A stretch of 33,110 bases of DNA from Candidatus Eiseniibacteriota bacterium (GTDB taxonomy: Bacteria; Orphanbacterota; Orphanbacteria; Orphanbacterales; Orphanbacteraceae), in NCBI GenBank assembly GCA_043809585.1, contig JBDROZ010000051.1, positions 1 to 33,110 of the forward strand, given 5' to 3'. Below, piece after piece: positions 8,494 through 17,573 of the stretch; the stretch's first letter is position 1, and each line of letters opens with the position of its first letter. The translations under genes were made by a program, and so were the position numbers. The notes under the pieces were generated by a model. That model was given only the letters and a program-made list of their open reading frames with translations, ran no database searches and had not been told where the DNA came from.

Positions 8494-11412
8494 TTACCGG
8501 AGCAGGGTAAGGCGTCGGCTCTCGACCTTGTCCCCCATCTTCAGACGGTAGAAGTAGACGCCGGAGGTCACCTCGCGGCCCGAATCGTCCCGGCCGTCCC
8601 AGGCGAGATGGTGTTCGCCCGCCGGGAAGCGGCCCTCGGCGACGGTGCGGACCACCCGGCCCGCCACGTCGAAGATGCGGACCTCCGCCTGCGAAGCCTC
8701 GGGCAGGGCGAAGCGGATCGCGATCTCCCCCCCGTTCGGGCGGTACGGGTTCGGCCGGCTCCGCATCAGGCGGAGCGCCGGGATCATGTTCTCCGCGGCC
8801 GCCACGTCCGTGTCGATGCCGCCGTAGGACTCGATGGCGAAGTCGTCGATCGCCCCCTCCACGAGACCCTGCGTATTCAGGTCGCATGCCACGAAGCGGA
8901 AGACCACCTGGTCCGTGAGGTCCACGATCGCGTCGATGTTCACCACGACCTCGGTCCATACGTTCGCGGCGTCGGGGACGATCTCGACGGTGCTCCAGCT
9001 CGAGCCGCCGTCGTCGGAGATTTCGACCACGAACTCGTCGTCGATCGACGATCCCGCCTCGCCGTACCACCGCCAGTAGCGGGCGGAGGCGAAGCCCACG
9101 CCGGTCAAGTCGAAGACCGGGCTCATCAGGGTCGTGCACCCGTTGTCCACGTCGTTGTCGCCGGCACCGCCGCCGACGGGACCGTTGCCGGTGACGAAGC
9201 ACTTCACGCCGGGATCGGCGGTGTGGTCGTCCTCGGGCTGCACGTTGATGGTGCCGTAGTAGGTCCCGTTCGGGTCGAGCCGTTCCCAGACGCCGGTGGT
9301 GGCGTCGTCGCCGGCCACCCCGAGCTGCCAATCCGGATCGTTCGGGTCCTCCGCGGCGTAGGCGTACAACAATTGGGTGATGTAAAGCGAGTAGAAGGAG
9401 GCCGGCGCGTTCGCCGGATTCGTGGAGGCGATGCCCACGCCGTCCACGGCCCTGACGTAGTAGTCGATCCGGGAGTTCGACGGGGCCCCGGGGAGGTCTC
9501 CGCTGTAGACGTCACCGCCGCCCGACGCCATGGCCGTGTTCATCCACGGGCCGTCGTTGATCCGGTAGTACAGGGTCGCGGAGACGACGGTGCTGTAGTC
9601 CTGGATCGTGGCGTCGATCGGGTACGGCCCGGCGGGGTCGGTCGCCGTCAGCGGCTCCGACACGTTCGTGATCGCCGGTCCGGCGATATCCCGGAGCGAG
9701 AAGTTCTCGATCACCGTCTCGCCGCTGATGACGTCGACCGACCGGTTGATGGTGGTGAAGCCGGCCAGGGAGGCCCGGATCGTATAGGTGCTCTCCCGGG
9801 CGGCGCCGGAGTAGTTGCCCGCGCCGTCGGTGGTCCAGCCCCACTGGGTGCCGACGAGCTCGACCGTCGCCCCGGGCAGGGGCGCATCACCCCAGTCGCC
9901 GTTCGTCACGGTCCCCTCGACGAAGCCGAAGCCCTGCACCGCCGAAAGCACCGCCTCGTAGGCGTCGATGAATCCGTGGCCGTACGTGTTGTCCTCGCCC
10001 GCGGATCCCTCGTCCCTGGCCGTGTCCATCAGGATCTCCTTGATGGTGTCCACGTCGAGATCCGGGTTCGCCTGTCGCATGAGGGCCACCGTTCCGGCCA
10101 CGTGGGGGCCGGACATGGAGGTGCCGTCCCATCCCCCTTGATATCCGCCTCCGGGCACGGAGGAGTAGACGTCCACGCCGGGGGCGCACACCTCGGGCTT
10201 GATCTTGTTCTCCGCGGGCGCGACGCAGCCCGAGGGGCCCCTGCTCGAGAAGTAGGCGATCGGGTAGGGCCAGCCGTAGTTCGTGGCGTCCACGGCGCCG
10301 ATGGAGAAGGCGTTCGTGAGCGTCGTCGCCCGATCGGCCGGCGAGCCGATGGTCTGCGCGCCCGACCCGCCTTCGTTCCCCGCGGAGAAGCAGAGCACGA
10401 CGCCGGAAGCCTCGCAGTTATCCATGGCCGCCCACCAACGGGAGTCGCAGTCGGTGTAGCCGCCGCCGAAGCCCTCGTTGATCCGCCACGAGTTCTGCAC
10501 CACATCGGGCACGTCGTCGTTGGTAAACGGATCCCCGTCGGGATCGGCGAACCACTGGAAGCAGTTGATGACGTCGTTGTCGAACTCGGCGCCCACGCCC
10601 TGATCGATGGGGTTGCAGGCGATCCACTCCGCGCCCGGCGCGACGCCGATCGTGTCGTCCGGCGCGAGGCCCGTCATGGTTCCGGTGGTGTGGGTGCCGT
10701 GGCCGTAGTTATCGGTCGGGAAGGTGGTCCCGTTGCCGAGAACGTCGAGCCAGCACTCCTGCCACGGGGCGTGCAGGCCGCGCCACCGCGAGGCGAGGGC
10801 GGGGTGGGAGCCGTCGACGCCGGTGTCGAAGCTGCCGATCAGCGTGCCCGCGCCGTCGTAGCCGAGGGTGTTCCACACCTCGGGCGCCCGAATGGCCGTG
10901 AGACCCGGGGTGATGCCGATGCCCCGGATCAGGGGGGCTTCTTCGCCCATGTCGGCGTTCCCGAGGGGCCGCCGGACCGGCTCGATCAGGCTGACCGTGA
11001 AGTTCGGCTCCACGTAGTCGACGTCCGCCCGCGCGGCGATCTCGAAGATCTCCTCCTTCGGGGCGTAAACCACCAGCATGTTGGAGATCCAGTAGCTCGT
11101 ATAGCCCAGGACCCGGCCGTCGGTCCTCGCCTGGTCCAAGTACTCCCTCAGGAGATCCTGGCTGCGGCTGGCGGCGTGGAGCGCCTCGATCACGATCTGG
11201 TGGCGGTCACGGAGCGAAGAGCGCTCAGCCTTCAATTGCATGTTGAGCTGCTCGATCGGAGCCTGCTCTGTCATGTGGACGATGGCGCTGATCGGCTCCC
11301 CTTCGCGGAGGACCTCCATGCGGGCCTCGAGACCCGGATGGATGGTTCCCGCGAAGGCGGGGATTGCCGTAAGCGCCACCAAGGCCGCGGTCAGGATCGT
11401 CACGATTCGCAC
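8494..11412 (-). CDS. Secreted S8 serine peptidase (bacillopeptidase F-like) with accessory beta domains and a C-terminal FlgD-Ig/T9SS-type sorting domain
   Basis: Catalytic triad motifs DTGVD, HGTHTTG and GTSMSGP. GTG start after an AAGGAG RBS gives a signal peptide. C-terminus PNPY...IFDVAGRVV...WDGRD...SGVYFYRL. Confidence 0.92.
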   Translation of the reverse strand: MRIVTILTAALVALTAIPAFAGTIHPGLEARMEVLREGEPISAIVHMTEQAPIEQLNMQLKAERSSLRDRHQIVIEALHAASRSQDLLREYLDQARTDGRVLGYTSYWISNMLVVYAPKEEIFEIAARADVDYVEPNFTVSLIEPVRRPLGNADMGEEAPLIRGIGITPGLTAIRAPEVWNTLGYDGAGTLIGSFDTGVDGSHPALASRWRGLHAPWQECWLDVLGNGTTFPTDNYGHGTHTTGTMTGLAPDDTIGVAPGAEWIACNPIDQGVGAEFDNDVINCFQWFADPDGDPFTNDDVPDVVQNSWRINEGFGGGYTDCDSRWWAAMDNCEASGVVLCFSAGNEGGSGAQTIGSPADRATTLTNAFSIGAVDATNYGWPYPIAYFSSRGPSGCVAPAENKIKPEVCAPGVDVYSSVPGGGYQGGWDGTSMSGPHVAGTVALMRQANPDLDVDTIKEILMDTARDEGSAGEDNTYGHGFIDAYEAVLSAVQGFGFVEGTVTNGDWGDAPLPGATVELVGTQWGWTTDGAGNYSGAARESTYTIRASLAGFTTINRSVDVISGETVIENFSLRDIAGPAITNVSEPLTATDPAGPYPIDATIQDYSTVVSATLYYRINDGPWMNTAMASGGGDVYSGDLPGAPSNSRIDYYVRAVDGVGIASTNPANAPASFYSLYITQLLYAYAAEDPNDPDWQLGVAGDDATTGVWERLDPNGTYYGTINVQPEDDHTADPGVKCFVTGNGPVGGGAGDNDVDNGCTTLMSPVFDLTGVGFASARYWRWYGEAGSSIDDEFVVEISDDGGSSWSTVEIVPDAANVWTEVVVNIDAIVDLTDQVVFRFVACDLNTQGLVEGAIDDFAIESYGGIDTDVAAAENMIPALRLMRSRPNPYRPNGGEIAIRFALPEASQAEVRIFDVAGRVVRTVAEGRFPAGEHHLAWDGRDDSGREVTSGVYFYRLKMGDKVESRRLTLLR

Positions 11413-11501
11413 GTAGATCTCCTTCCCGCCCTCGGAGGGCATCGATTGTGGCACGGGCTTAACGGTGCTGTAAAGGTGGGGGGAGCCATACCGTCACGAT
11501 C

Positions 11502-11531
11502 ATTGTACCGCAAGGACCCGGAAATGCACAA
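11502..11531 (-). promoter_or_regulatory. Putative sigma70 promoter of the S8 protease gene
   Basis: Minus strand TTGTGC-N18-TACAAT. Confidence 0.45.
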
Positions 11532-11979
11532 GTTCCATGTTCTGGGGACCTGGGAGCCTCGGACGGCAAGAAGAGAGGGGGGGCGGCCGCCCCCCCATGA
11601 GAATCCTACCCGCAGAAGCCTCCCGGGGGGCATCGGGTTGACGGGACTGGGGCGGGACCGTCTGATGGCCCGGGGGGATGCTCCCCCGGGGCCCGCGGGG
11701 GACGAGCGTGTGGAAAGACCATCCGTGGTCTCGCGGGGAGGGACGAAGGATGCGGACTCCGGTGACGCGCGGCGAATCTCCCCATTCGTCCGGTCATTCT
11801 GCCAGAATCGTTAACCCAGGTCAGGTGTTTTGAGCGGCCGACGCCGCGCCTCCGTTTTGCCCCGGGGAATAGGGCCTGGCGCGCTCTCCCGTCTTTCCCT
11901 TATGCTCGGAGGACTATCGACGGCCTTTCGGCCGCCCCGGACCGCGGCTTCGTGAATCATCCAACAGGGAGAAAGTCTG

Positions 11980-13083
11980 ATGAAAGACGTGAGAGTGGAG
12001 CGTCTGGCCCGGCTGATCTGCCGGTATTCGATCGGCGTGAAGAAGGGGGACGCCATCGTGATCTCCGGCGAGCCCGTCGCCGACCCGCTCGCCGAGGAGC
12101 TGTACCGTGAGGTCCTCCGGTGCGGCGGCCATCCGATCTTGGAGGTCACGCCCGGTTGGATGCAGGAGATCTACTTTCGGGAGGCGAAGCCCCACCAGCT
12201 CGATTACCTCTCCCCCTACGGGAAGTTCGAGGCGGAGAACGCTCGGGCGCGCATCCTGATCAAGGCGACGAGCAACACCCGGCGGAACAGCAACGTGGAC
12301 GCGAAGAAGATGGCCAAGAGCCAGGTGGCGCGGCGGCCCATACTGGAGACCTTCTTCGGGAGGATGGCGAAGAACGAGTGGACCTTCATGATCGCCCCCT
12401 ATCCGACCGAGGCGGACGCCCAGGAAGCCGACATGTCCCTCGCCGACTACGAGGACTTCGTCTTCGGGGCGCTTCTCGTGAACAAGCGGGACCCGATCGA
12501 GGAGTGGAAGAAGGTTTCGAAGAAGCAGGCCCTGCTCGCGACGAAGTTCAACCGCTTCAAGGATCTCCGGATCGTCGGCGAGGACACGGATCTTCGCATG
12601 TCCGTGAAAGGGCGGAAGTGGGTGAACTGCGACGGCCACCACAACCTCCCGGACGGCGAGATCTTCAGCGGCCCCGTCGAGGATTCGGTGGAGGGGACGA
12701 TCCGCTACACCTACCCGGCCATCTACCAGGGGCGGGAGGTCACGGACGTCCGCCTCACCTTCAAGAAAGGCGTGGTCGTGAAGGCGACGGCGGCGAAGGG
12801 GGAGGATCTCCTCGTGAAGCTCCTCGCCATGGACGAGGGGGCGCGCCGGGTCGGCGAGGTCGCCGTGGGCACCAACTACGGCATCTCCGAGTTCACCCGG
12901 AGCATCCTCTTCGACGAGAAGATCGGCGGATCCGTGCATCTCGCCGTCGGCCGCTCCATTCCCGAGTCGGGGGGCCTGAACCAGTCCGGCCTCCACTGGG
13001 ACATGATCAAGGACATGCGCAAGGGGGGCGAGATCTACGGGAACGGGAAGCTGGTCTACAAGAACGGGAAGTTCCTCATTTGA
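11980..13083 (+). CDS. Aminopeptidase, M29 family (AmpS/AmpT/PepS-like)
   Basis: NLPDGEIF, VGEVAVG, ILFDEKIGGSVHLAVG and NQSGLHWDMI motifs. Confidence 0.93.
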   Translation: MKDVRVERLARLICRYSIGVKKGDAIVISGEPVADPLAEELYREVLRCGGHPILEVTPGWMQEIYFREAKPHQLDYLSPYGKFEAENARARILIKATSNTRRNSNVDAKKMAKSQVARRPILETFFGRMAKNEWTFMIAPYPTEADAQEADMSLADYEDFVFGALLVNKRDPIEEWKKVSKKQALLATKFNRFKDLRIVGEDTDLRMSVKGRKWVNCDGHHNLPDGEIFSGPVEDSVEGTIRYTYPAIYQGREVTDVRLTFKKGVVVKATAAKGEDLLVKLLAMDEGARRVGEVAVGTNYGISEFTRSILFDEKIGGSVHLAVGRSIPESGGLNQSGLHWDMIKDMRKGGEIYGNGKLVYKNGKFLI

Positions 13084-13142
13084 CCCGCGGTTCCTCGCCG
13101 GTTGCTGCTCCGGGTCCGGATGCCGGGCTGCGAGCGCAGCGA

Positions 13143-13282
13143 GGGGGACACAATACTCAATTGCCGGCGAGGGGGACACAATACATAATTCGCAGCGAGG
13201 GGGACACAATACCTAATTCGTATTCGGTATTGCGCAGCGAGGGGGACACAATACCTAATTCGTATTCGGTATTGTGTCCCCC
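13143..13282. repeat. Cluster of four REP-like GGGGGACACAATAC units; the last is a full palindrome
   Basis: Units start at 13143, 13171, 13199 and 13241, each preceded by GCGA. 13241-13282 is GGGGGACACAATACC...GGTATTGTGTCCCCC. Confidence 0.85.
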
Positions 13283-13456
13283 GAATCACGCTGGCCCTTC
13301 CCGGCGGAGGGCCTGGTGGGCAACGCCCCCTTCTGGGACGACGTGGTCCTCCTCGACCTCCGCATGATTCCACGGTTCGGGATTGTTCGGTACAGATGTC
13401 CCCGGTCGCCTCCCTCGCGGATTCCCCCTTGCCGAAGAACGGGCTTTGGTCGATAA

Positions 13457-13496
13457 TGACCAATACAGATGGTCATGTGACCATAATATGTGGTCA
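13457..13496. promoter_or_regulatory. Tandem palindromic operator (TGACCA-N7-TGGTCA) x2 upstream of the wHTH gene
   Basis: Sites at 13457-13475 and 13478-13496, overlapping a -10-like CATAAT at 13482-13487. Confidence 0.65.
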
Positions 13497-13537
13497 CGCG
13501 GTTTCGGGCATGAGTTCGTAATCTTTTGGAGTAAAAC

Positions 13538-13867
13538 GTGTTAGAACCCATAATCGGTTCCAAGAACCGCGAGCGTGTGCTCCTTTTCCTTTTCGCCCGG
13601 GGGGAGGGATACGCGCGAGAAATCGCCGGATTCTTCGGCGTCGACCTGTACGGGATCCAGACGCAGCTCGATCGCCTCGAAACGGGTGGAGTCGTCTCCG
13701 GCCGGCAGGCGGGGCGGACCCGTCTCTACACCTTCCGGCCGACCTACCCTTTCTTGAAGGAACTCCGGGCGCTGCTCGAGAAGACCACTGCCTTCTTGAA
13801 AGAGGATGAACGGGAGGCGCTACTCATGAACCGTAGGAGGCCCCGTGGGAAAGGCAAGCCGCTTTGA
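13538..13867 (+). CDS. Winged-helix (ArsR-like) DNA-binding protein, possible antitoxin
   Basis: 109 aa, GGAG RBS and GTG start. GYAREIA...IQTQLDRLE.GGVV...GRTRLY wHTH pattern. Confidence 0.8.
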   Translation: MLEPIIGSKNRERVLLFLFARGEGYAREIAGFFGVDLYGIQTQLDRLETGGVVSGRQAGRTRLYTFRPTYPFLKELRALLEKTTAFLKEDEREALLMNRRRPRGKGKPL

Positions 13868-14400
13868 CACCGATTCGGGACATGAAAGAAGCGGAACTTG
13901 CCGCCCATGTGCAGGCTTTCATGAGCGAAGAGGGAATCGAGGTCGTTCTCTCCGGAGGGGCGTGCGTCTGCATCTACAGCGCGGGGAAGTACGTCTCCTC
14001 GGACATCGATCTCGTGGACATCGGACACACGGCGTTCCGGCGGCTCATGGCCATCATGGGGAAGAACGGTTTCCAGGCCGAAGGCCGGCATTTCACTCAT
14101 CCCGATTCGGAGTACCTCGTCGAGTTTCCACCGGGGCCTCTCGCCGTCGGGTCGGAACCGGTCGGGCGCGTCGACGAAATCGAGACCGCCGCCGGGGGGC
14201 TCCGCATCATCTCTCCGACCGACTGCGTCAAAGACCGGCTCGCCGCCTACTACCACTGGAACGACCTTCAATGCCTCGAGCAGGCCCTCCTCGTCACCGC
14301 GTCCCGGGAGATCGACTTCGCCGAAGTCGAGCGCTGGTCGGGAGCGGAGGGCATGGGCGCGAAGTTCGAGCGGATCCGGAAGGGGCTCACGGGCCGATGA
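13864..14400 (+). CDS. Predicted nucleotidyltransferase (AbiEii/DUF6036-like), possible toxin
   Basis: VVLSGGACVCIY...SSDIDLV NTase-like motif. TTG start overlaps the upstream stop; alternative ATG at 13882. Confidence 0.7.
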   Translation: MTPIRDMKEAELAAHVQAFMSEEGIEVVLSGGACVCIYSAGKYVSSDIDLVDIGHTAFRRLMAIMGKNGFQAEGRHFTHPDSEYLVEFPPGPLAVGSEPVGRVDEIETAAGGLRIISPTDCVKDRLAAYYHWNDLQCLEQALLVTASREIDFAEVERWSGAEGMGAKFERIRKGLTGR

Positions 14401-14584
14401 GAAGGAAACTCCGCCATCGACGGCGCCCCCTTGTCGACGATCCGAAGCGAAGATATGGTTCAAGCGGGCGCGTCAGGGAAGCCGGGGACCCGAATACGCT
14501 TCGGCGCCCCATCGGAGCGACCGTTCCCCCAGCCCACGGATCCGGCGTCGTCTCTCCGGCTTCCCGCATCCGGGGAGATCTGCC

Positions 14585-15187
14585 ATGAAGATGGTCATGA
14601 TTCGGTTCTTCGGCATCATCGGAGTCGTTTTGTTATCCACACCGGCCGGTAGCCATCCGAGCGGGAATCCCGTCCCCTCGACCCCCGACCTCGGTCCAAA
14701 CCTCGGACTGCGGTCGTGGGGCGCCCTCCGCCCGGGTCCGGTGGTCGACACCTTGATTGTCGTCGGGGTGGTCGACAATCTCGGCGGAGAGCGGGTGTCG
14801 TTGTGCGGGAAGTTCGAACTGAGCGGCGGGTACTCGCCGTCGGCCGAGAGTGAGAAGCGGTATCGTGCGCGGAAGGACTCGCTTGCCTCACAATGGGCCC
14901 TGCGGGATTCCCTGCGGCCGCCGGACGGACCCAGACTGCCGACCTTCTTTCTGATCGGCGGCGATGTTCACTTCGATTTCGAGTTCGAGTGTCGTCCCTA
15001 CGAGTTGAACTCGGGGGAGTCGGTCGCGGACACCACGCTGATCCCCGTTTACCGGGGCGACTTCGAGGAGTTTCCCGGATCCATCGACGTCACGGTGAGT
15101 TTCTGGAGCGGGTCCGAGGGCGCGACCTATCGGGAAGCGCGTTGCTTGGTGACGTCGCCCGCTCCGTTCCGTATCGCCGTTCCCTGA
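14585..15187 (+). CDS. Hypothetical exported protein
   Basis: 200-aa ORF with GGAG RBS and a hydrophobic N-terminal signal-like segment. No family recognised. Confidence 0.55.
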   Translation: MKMVMIRFFGIIGVVLLSTPAGSHPSGNPVPSTPDLGPNLGLRSWGALRPGPVVDTLIVVGVVDNLGGERVSLCGKFELSGGYSPSAESEKRYRARKDSLASQWALRDSLRPPDGPRLPTFFLIGGDVHFDFEFECRPYELNSGESVADTTLIPVYRGDFEEFPGSIDVTVSFWSGSEGATYREARCLVTSPAPFRIAVP

Positions 15188-15193
15188 AAGTAA

Positions 15194-15240
15194 GGGGGAC
15201 ACGATACCGAACTCTTTATTGCGGGGACACGATGCTGAAC
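15194..15240 (+). repeat. Two degenerate REP-like half units (GGGGACACGAT)
   Basis: GGGGGACACGATACCGAAC at 15194 and GGGGACACGATGCTGAAC at 15223 resemble the 13143-13282 units. Confidence 0.7.
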
Positions 15241-15296
15241 GCGTGCAGATCGGGGTAGTCGACTTGTCCTCAGTATTCTTCCCGCGCTCGCTCTAG

Positions 15297-15374
15297 CCTT
15301 GATCCGGCAAAAAATCGCGAGTGAAAACGCGCGAGCGTCAGCGATTTGCACCGGGATTTTTTGTCGGATTAAGG
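15297..15374. mobile_element. 78-bp MITE E2 with CTAG flanks
   Basis: TIRs CCTTGATCCGGCAAAAAATC / GATTTTTTGTCGGATTAAGG (18/20). CTAG at 15293-15296 and 15375-15378; the latter contains the transposase stop. Confidence 0.75.
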
Positions 15375-16034
15375 CTAGACCAGCGGCTTTGGCCCGGACC
15401 TTTGCGGCGAAAGCGAGCGATCCAGGGTCTCTTCGAGTTGTTGGAGGAAAAGGGTGTCCCCGAGCGGTCGGCCGGTCCGCGTGCGTGCTCGAATCTCATC
15501 GTCGGGAGGGTGCTCCGAGTAGCAAGACAAGAACCCCCGCCAATTGGGGACGATCTCGAGCAGGGGGGCGACTCTGACAAGCTCGTCGTCCTTCTTTCGG
15601 AGATGGGCGTGGGCGCTGCTCCAAGCATAGTCTCCGGGCTCGGGAACGATACCGGCCCGAACGGGATTCATCTCGACATAGCGGGCGCAGGCAAGCAGAT
15701 AGGCCTCGTCCATCGGGGTCGAGGCGAACCGCCCTTGCCAGAGGCATCCCACCCACTCATGTCTTTGATTGATTCTTAATGTGTATCTTCGATGTGCCTC
15801 TCCGACGGCTCGTGCCAGGGCTTCTTCATCGGGAGGGACGGCAAGAAGATGAGTGTGATTCGGCATGAGGCAATAGGCCCAGACCTGGACACCCCAGCGG
15901 TGGCACCATTCCGCCATCAGTCGGCGGTATAAGCGGTAATCCTCTTCCTGGAAGAATGTGGTCTGTCTTCGGTTTCCCCTTTGCACAACGTGATGGGGGA
16001 TGTGGGGGGCGACTATCCTCGCGATTCTCGGCAT
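15375..16034 (-). CDS. Y1 (HUH) transposase, IS200-like / REP-associated tyrosine transposase (RAYT)
   Basis: MPRIAR...HHVVQRGNRRQ, YCLMPNHTHLL (HUH), LWQGRF, RYVEMNPVRAG and WSS motifs. GAGGAG RBS. Flanked by REP-like repeats. Confidence 0.9.
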   Translation of the reverse strand: MPRIARIVAPHIPHHVVQRGNRRQTTFFQEEDYRLYRRLMAEWCHRWGVQVWAYCLMPNHTHLLAVPPDEEALARAVGEAHRRYTLRINQRHEWVGCLWQGRFASTPMDEAYLLACARYVEMNPVRAGIVPEPGDYAWSSAHAHLRKKDDELVRVAPLLEIVPNWRGFLSCYSEHPPDDEIRARTRTGRPLGDTLFLQQLEETLDRSLSPQRSGPKPLV

Positions 16035-16224
16035 TCGACGACTCCTCGCATGCAGGTCTCATCCGTCTCTGCCTTGTGACGCAAGCGGCGTTCTCAAATT
16101 CGAAAGAAACGCCCTCACATAAATAGCACAAAGACAAGGAGAAGCGAGGAAGGGGGAAGTCGGTTTCGGCGATGAGCGACCACGTTCTGGTCAGTTCCCG
16201 CCCACTTCGTGGGGGGATAGACAT

Positions 16225-16332
16225 GGGGGGACACAATACCGAATTGTGTATTGGGTATTGTGTCCCTCGAATCGAGCATTGGGTATTGTGTCCCCCGAAA
16301 AACGGTCCCCGAAAAACGGTCCCCGAAAAACG
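16225..16332. repeat. REP-like palindrome, extra right half-unit and 14-bp tandem repeat
   Basis: GGGACACAATACC...GGTATTGTGTCCC within 16225-16266, a second GGTATTGTGTCCCCC ending at 16296, then TCCCCGAAAAACGG about three times. Confidence 0.85.
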
Positions 16333-16362
16333 AAAAGGGCCGGCGGTCGCCCGCCGGCCCTT
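16333..16362 (-). terminator. Terminator of asnA
   Basis: AAGGGCCGGCGG-tcgc-CCGCCGGCCCTT stem, followed by a T-rich tract on the minus strand. Confidence 0.75.
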
Positions 16363-16386
16363 GCGCGTTCGTATCGTTCTTCCGCG

Positions 16387-17511
16387 CTACTCGAGAACGA
16401 AGATGTTCTTCTTCGCGCAGATCTCCTTCAGCTGCTTCGGCCAGATGGTGACGCTCACCTCGCCGAGGTGGGCGGTGCGGAGGAGGTACATGTAGGTCCG
16501 GGACTGGCCGATGCCGCCGCCGATGCTGAGCGGGATCCTGTCGTTCAGGATCATCTGGTGATACGGCAGCTTGAGGAAATCTTCCTGGCCCGTCATCTTC
16601 AGCTGCATCTTGAGGGTCTCTTTGGTGACCCGGATACCCATGGACGTCAGCTCGTGACGGCGCTTCGTCACCGGGTTCCAGACGAGGATGTCGCCGTTCA
16701 GGCCGTGCATCGTCTCGCCGTCCTTGGTGACCGTCTCCGTTACCCAGTCGTCGTAGTCCGCGGCGCGCATCTCGTGCGGGTAGCCGTCCTTCAGCGTCCA
16801 GCCGATCCCGATGATGAAGACCGCCGGGTACTTTTGGAGGATCGCCGTCTCCCGCTGCTTCCGCGGAAGGTCCGGGTACATCGCGAGGATCTCCTCGGCG
16901 TGGAGGAACTTCAGCTCCTCGGGGAAGTCCGGGTACTTGCCCTTCAGCTGGGGGTACAGCTTCTGCGCGTGCAGGCCGGCACCGCGAATCACCTTCCAGA
17001 TCTTGCGGACCGTATCTTTCAGATAGTCCAGGTTCCGATCCTCGGCGGTGATGACCTTCTCCCAGTCCCACTGGTCCACGTACGAGCTGTGATCATGATC
17101 GAGGAAGTAGTCCTTCCGGACCGCCTTCATGTCCGTATTGATGCCCTCGCCCGCTTCGCAGTCGAACTGGGTCAGCGCCCACCGCTTCCACTTCGTCGCC
17201 GCCTGGACCACCTGCGCCTCGATCCGCTTCGGAAGGCCGAGCCCGGCCGGAAAATCGATCGGTGTCCGGGAGCCGTCACGGTCGAGGTAGTCGTTCATCC
17301 CGCTCTCTTTGTCGACGATGAGCGGGACCTGGACCATGTGCAGGTTCAGCTCCTTGCACAGGTTGTCCTCGATGTAGCGCTTGATCTCGAAGAGGGCGAT
17401 CATCCGCTCCTTCGGAGGAAGGAGGGTTTCGTATCCGTCGGGAAGAATCTTCTCGACCTCGGGGTAAGTGCTGATGCCGGGACCGGCAAGATCTGCGGTT
17501 TTGTCTGCCAT
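16387..17511 (-). CDS. asnA: Aspartate--ammonia ligase (asparagine synthetase A)
   Basis: VVQAATKWKR, HSSYVDQWDWEKVI, RAADYDDW, GLNGDIL, ELTSMGIRV and SIGGGIGQSR motifs. Start at MADKTA after GGAG. Confidence 0.95.
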   Translation of the reverse strand: MADKTADLAGPGISTYPEVEKILPDGYETLLPPKERMIALFEIKRYIEDNLCKELNLHMVQVPLIVDKESGMNDYLDRDGSRTPIDFPAGLGLPKRIEAQVVQAATKWKRWALTQFDCEAGEGINTDMKAVRKDYFLDHDHSSYVDQWDWEKVITAEDRNLDYLKDTVRKIWKVIRGAGLHAQKLYPQLKGKYPDFPEELKFLHAEEILAMYPDLPRKQRETAILQKYPAVFIIGIGWTLKDGYPHEMRAADYDDWVTETVTKDGETMHGLNGDILVWNPVTKRRHELTSMGIRVTKETLKMQLKMTGQEDFLKLPYHQMILNDRIPLSIGGGIGQSRTYMYLLRTAHLGEVSVTIWPKQLKEICAKKNIFVLE

Positions 17512-17573
17512 GCCTTTGACTCCGTTTCGACTGAAGCGAATCAGGTTTGGGAAAGGGCCTCGCCAGAAAACGA

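Noticed and set aside
11570-11800. GC-rich hairpins in the long S8-aminopeptidase intergenic region as a possible riboswitch
   Set aside because: No conserved riboswitch motif recognised, and short G/C stems are expected at this composition.
8482-11814. 1110-aa plus-strand ORF
   Set aside because: Antisense shadow of the S8 protease, which has a clear catalytic triad on the minus strand.
13143-13282. Possible CRISPR array
   Set aside because: The intervening sequences are short, unequal and parts of the repeat itself rather than unique spacers. No cas genes are present, and a RAYT-linked REP cluster explains it better.
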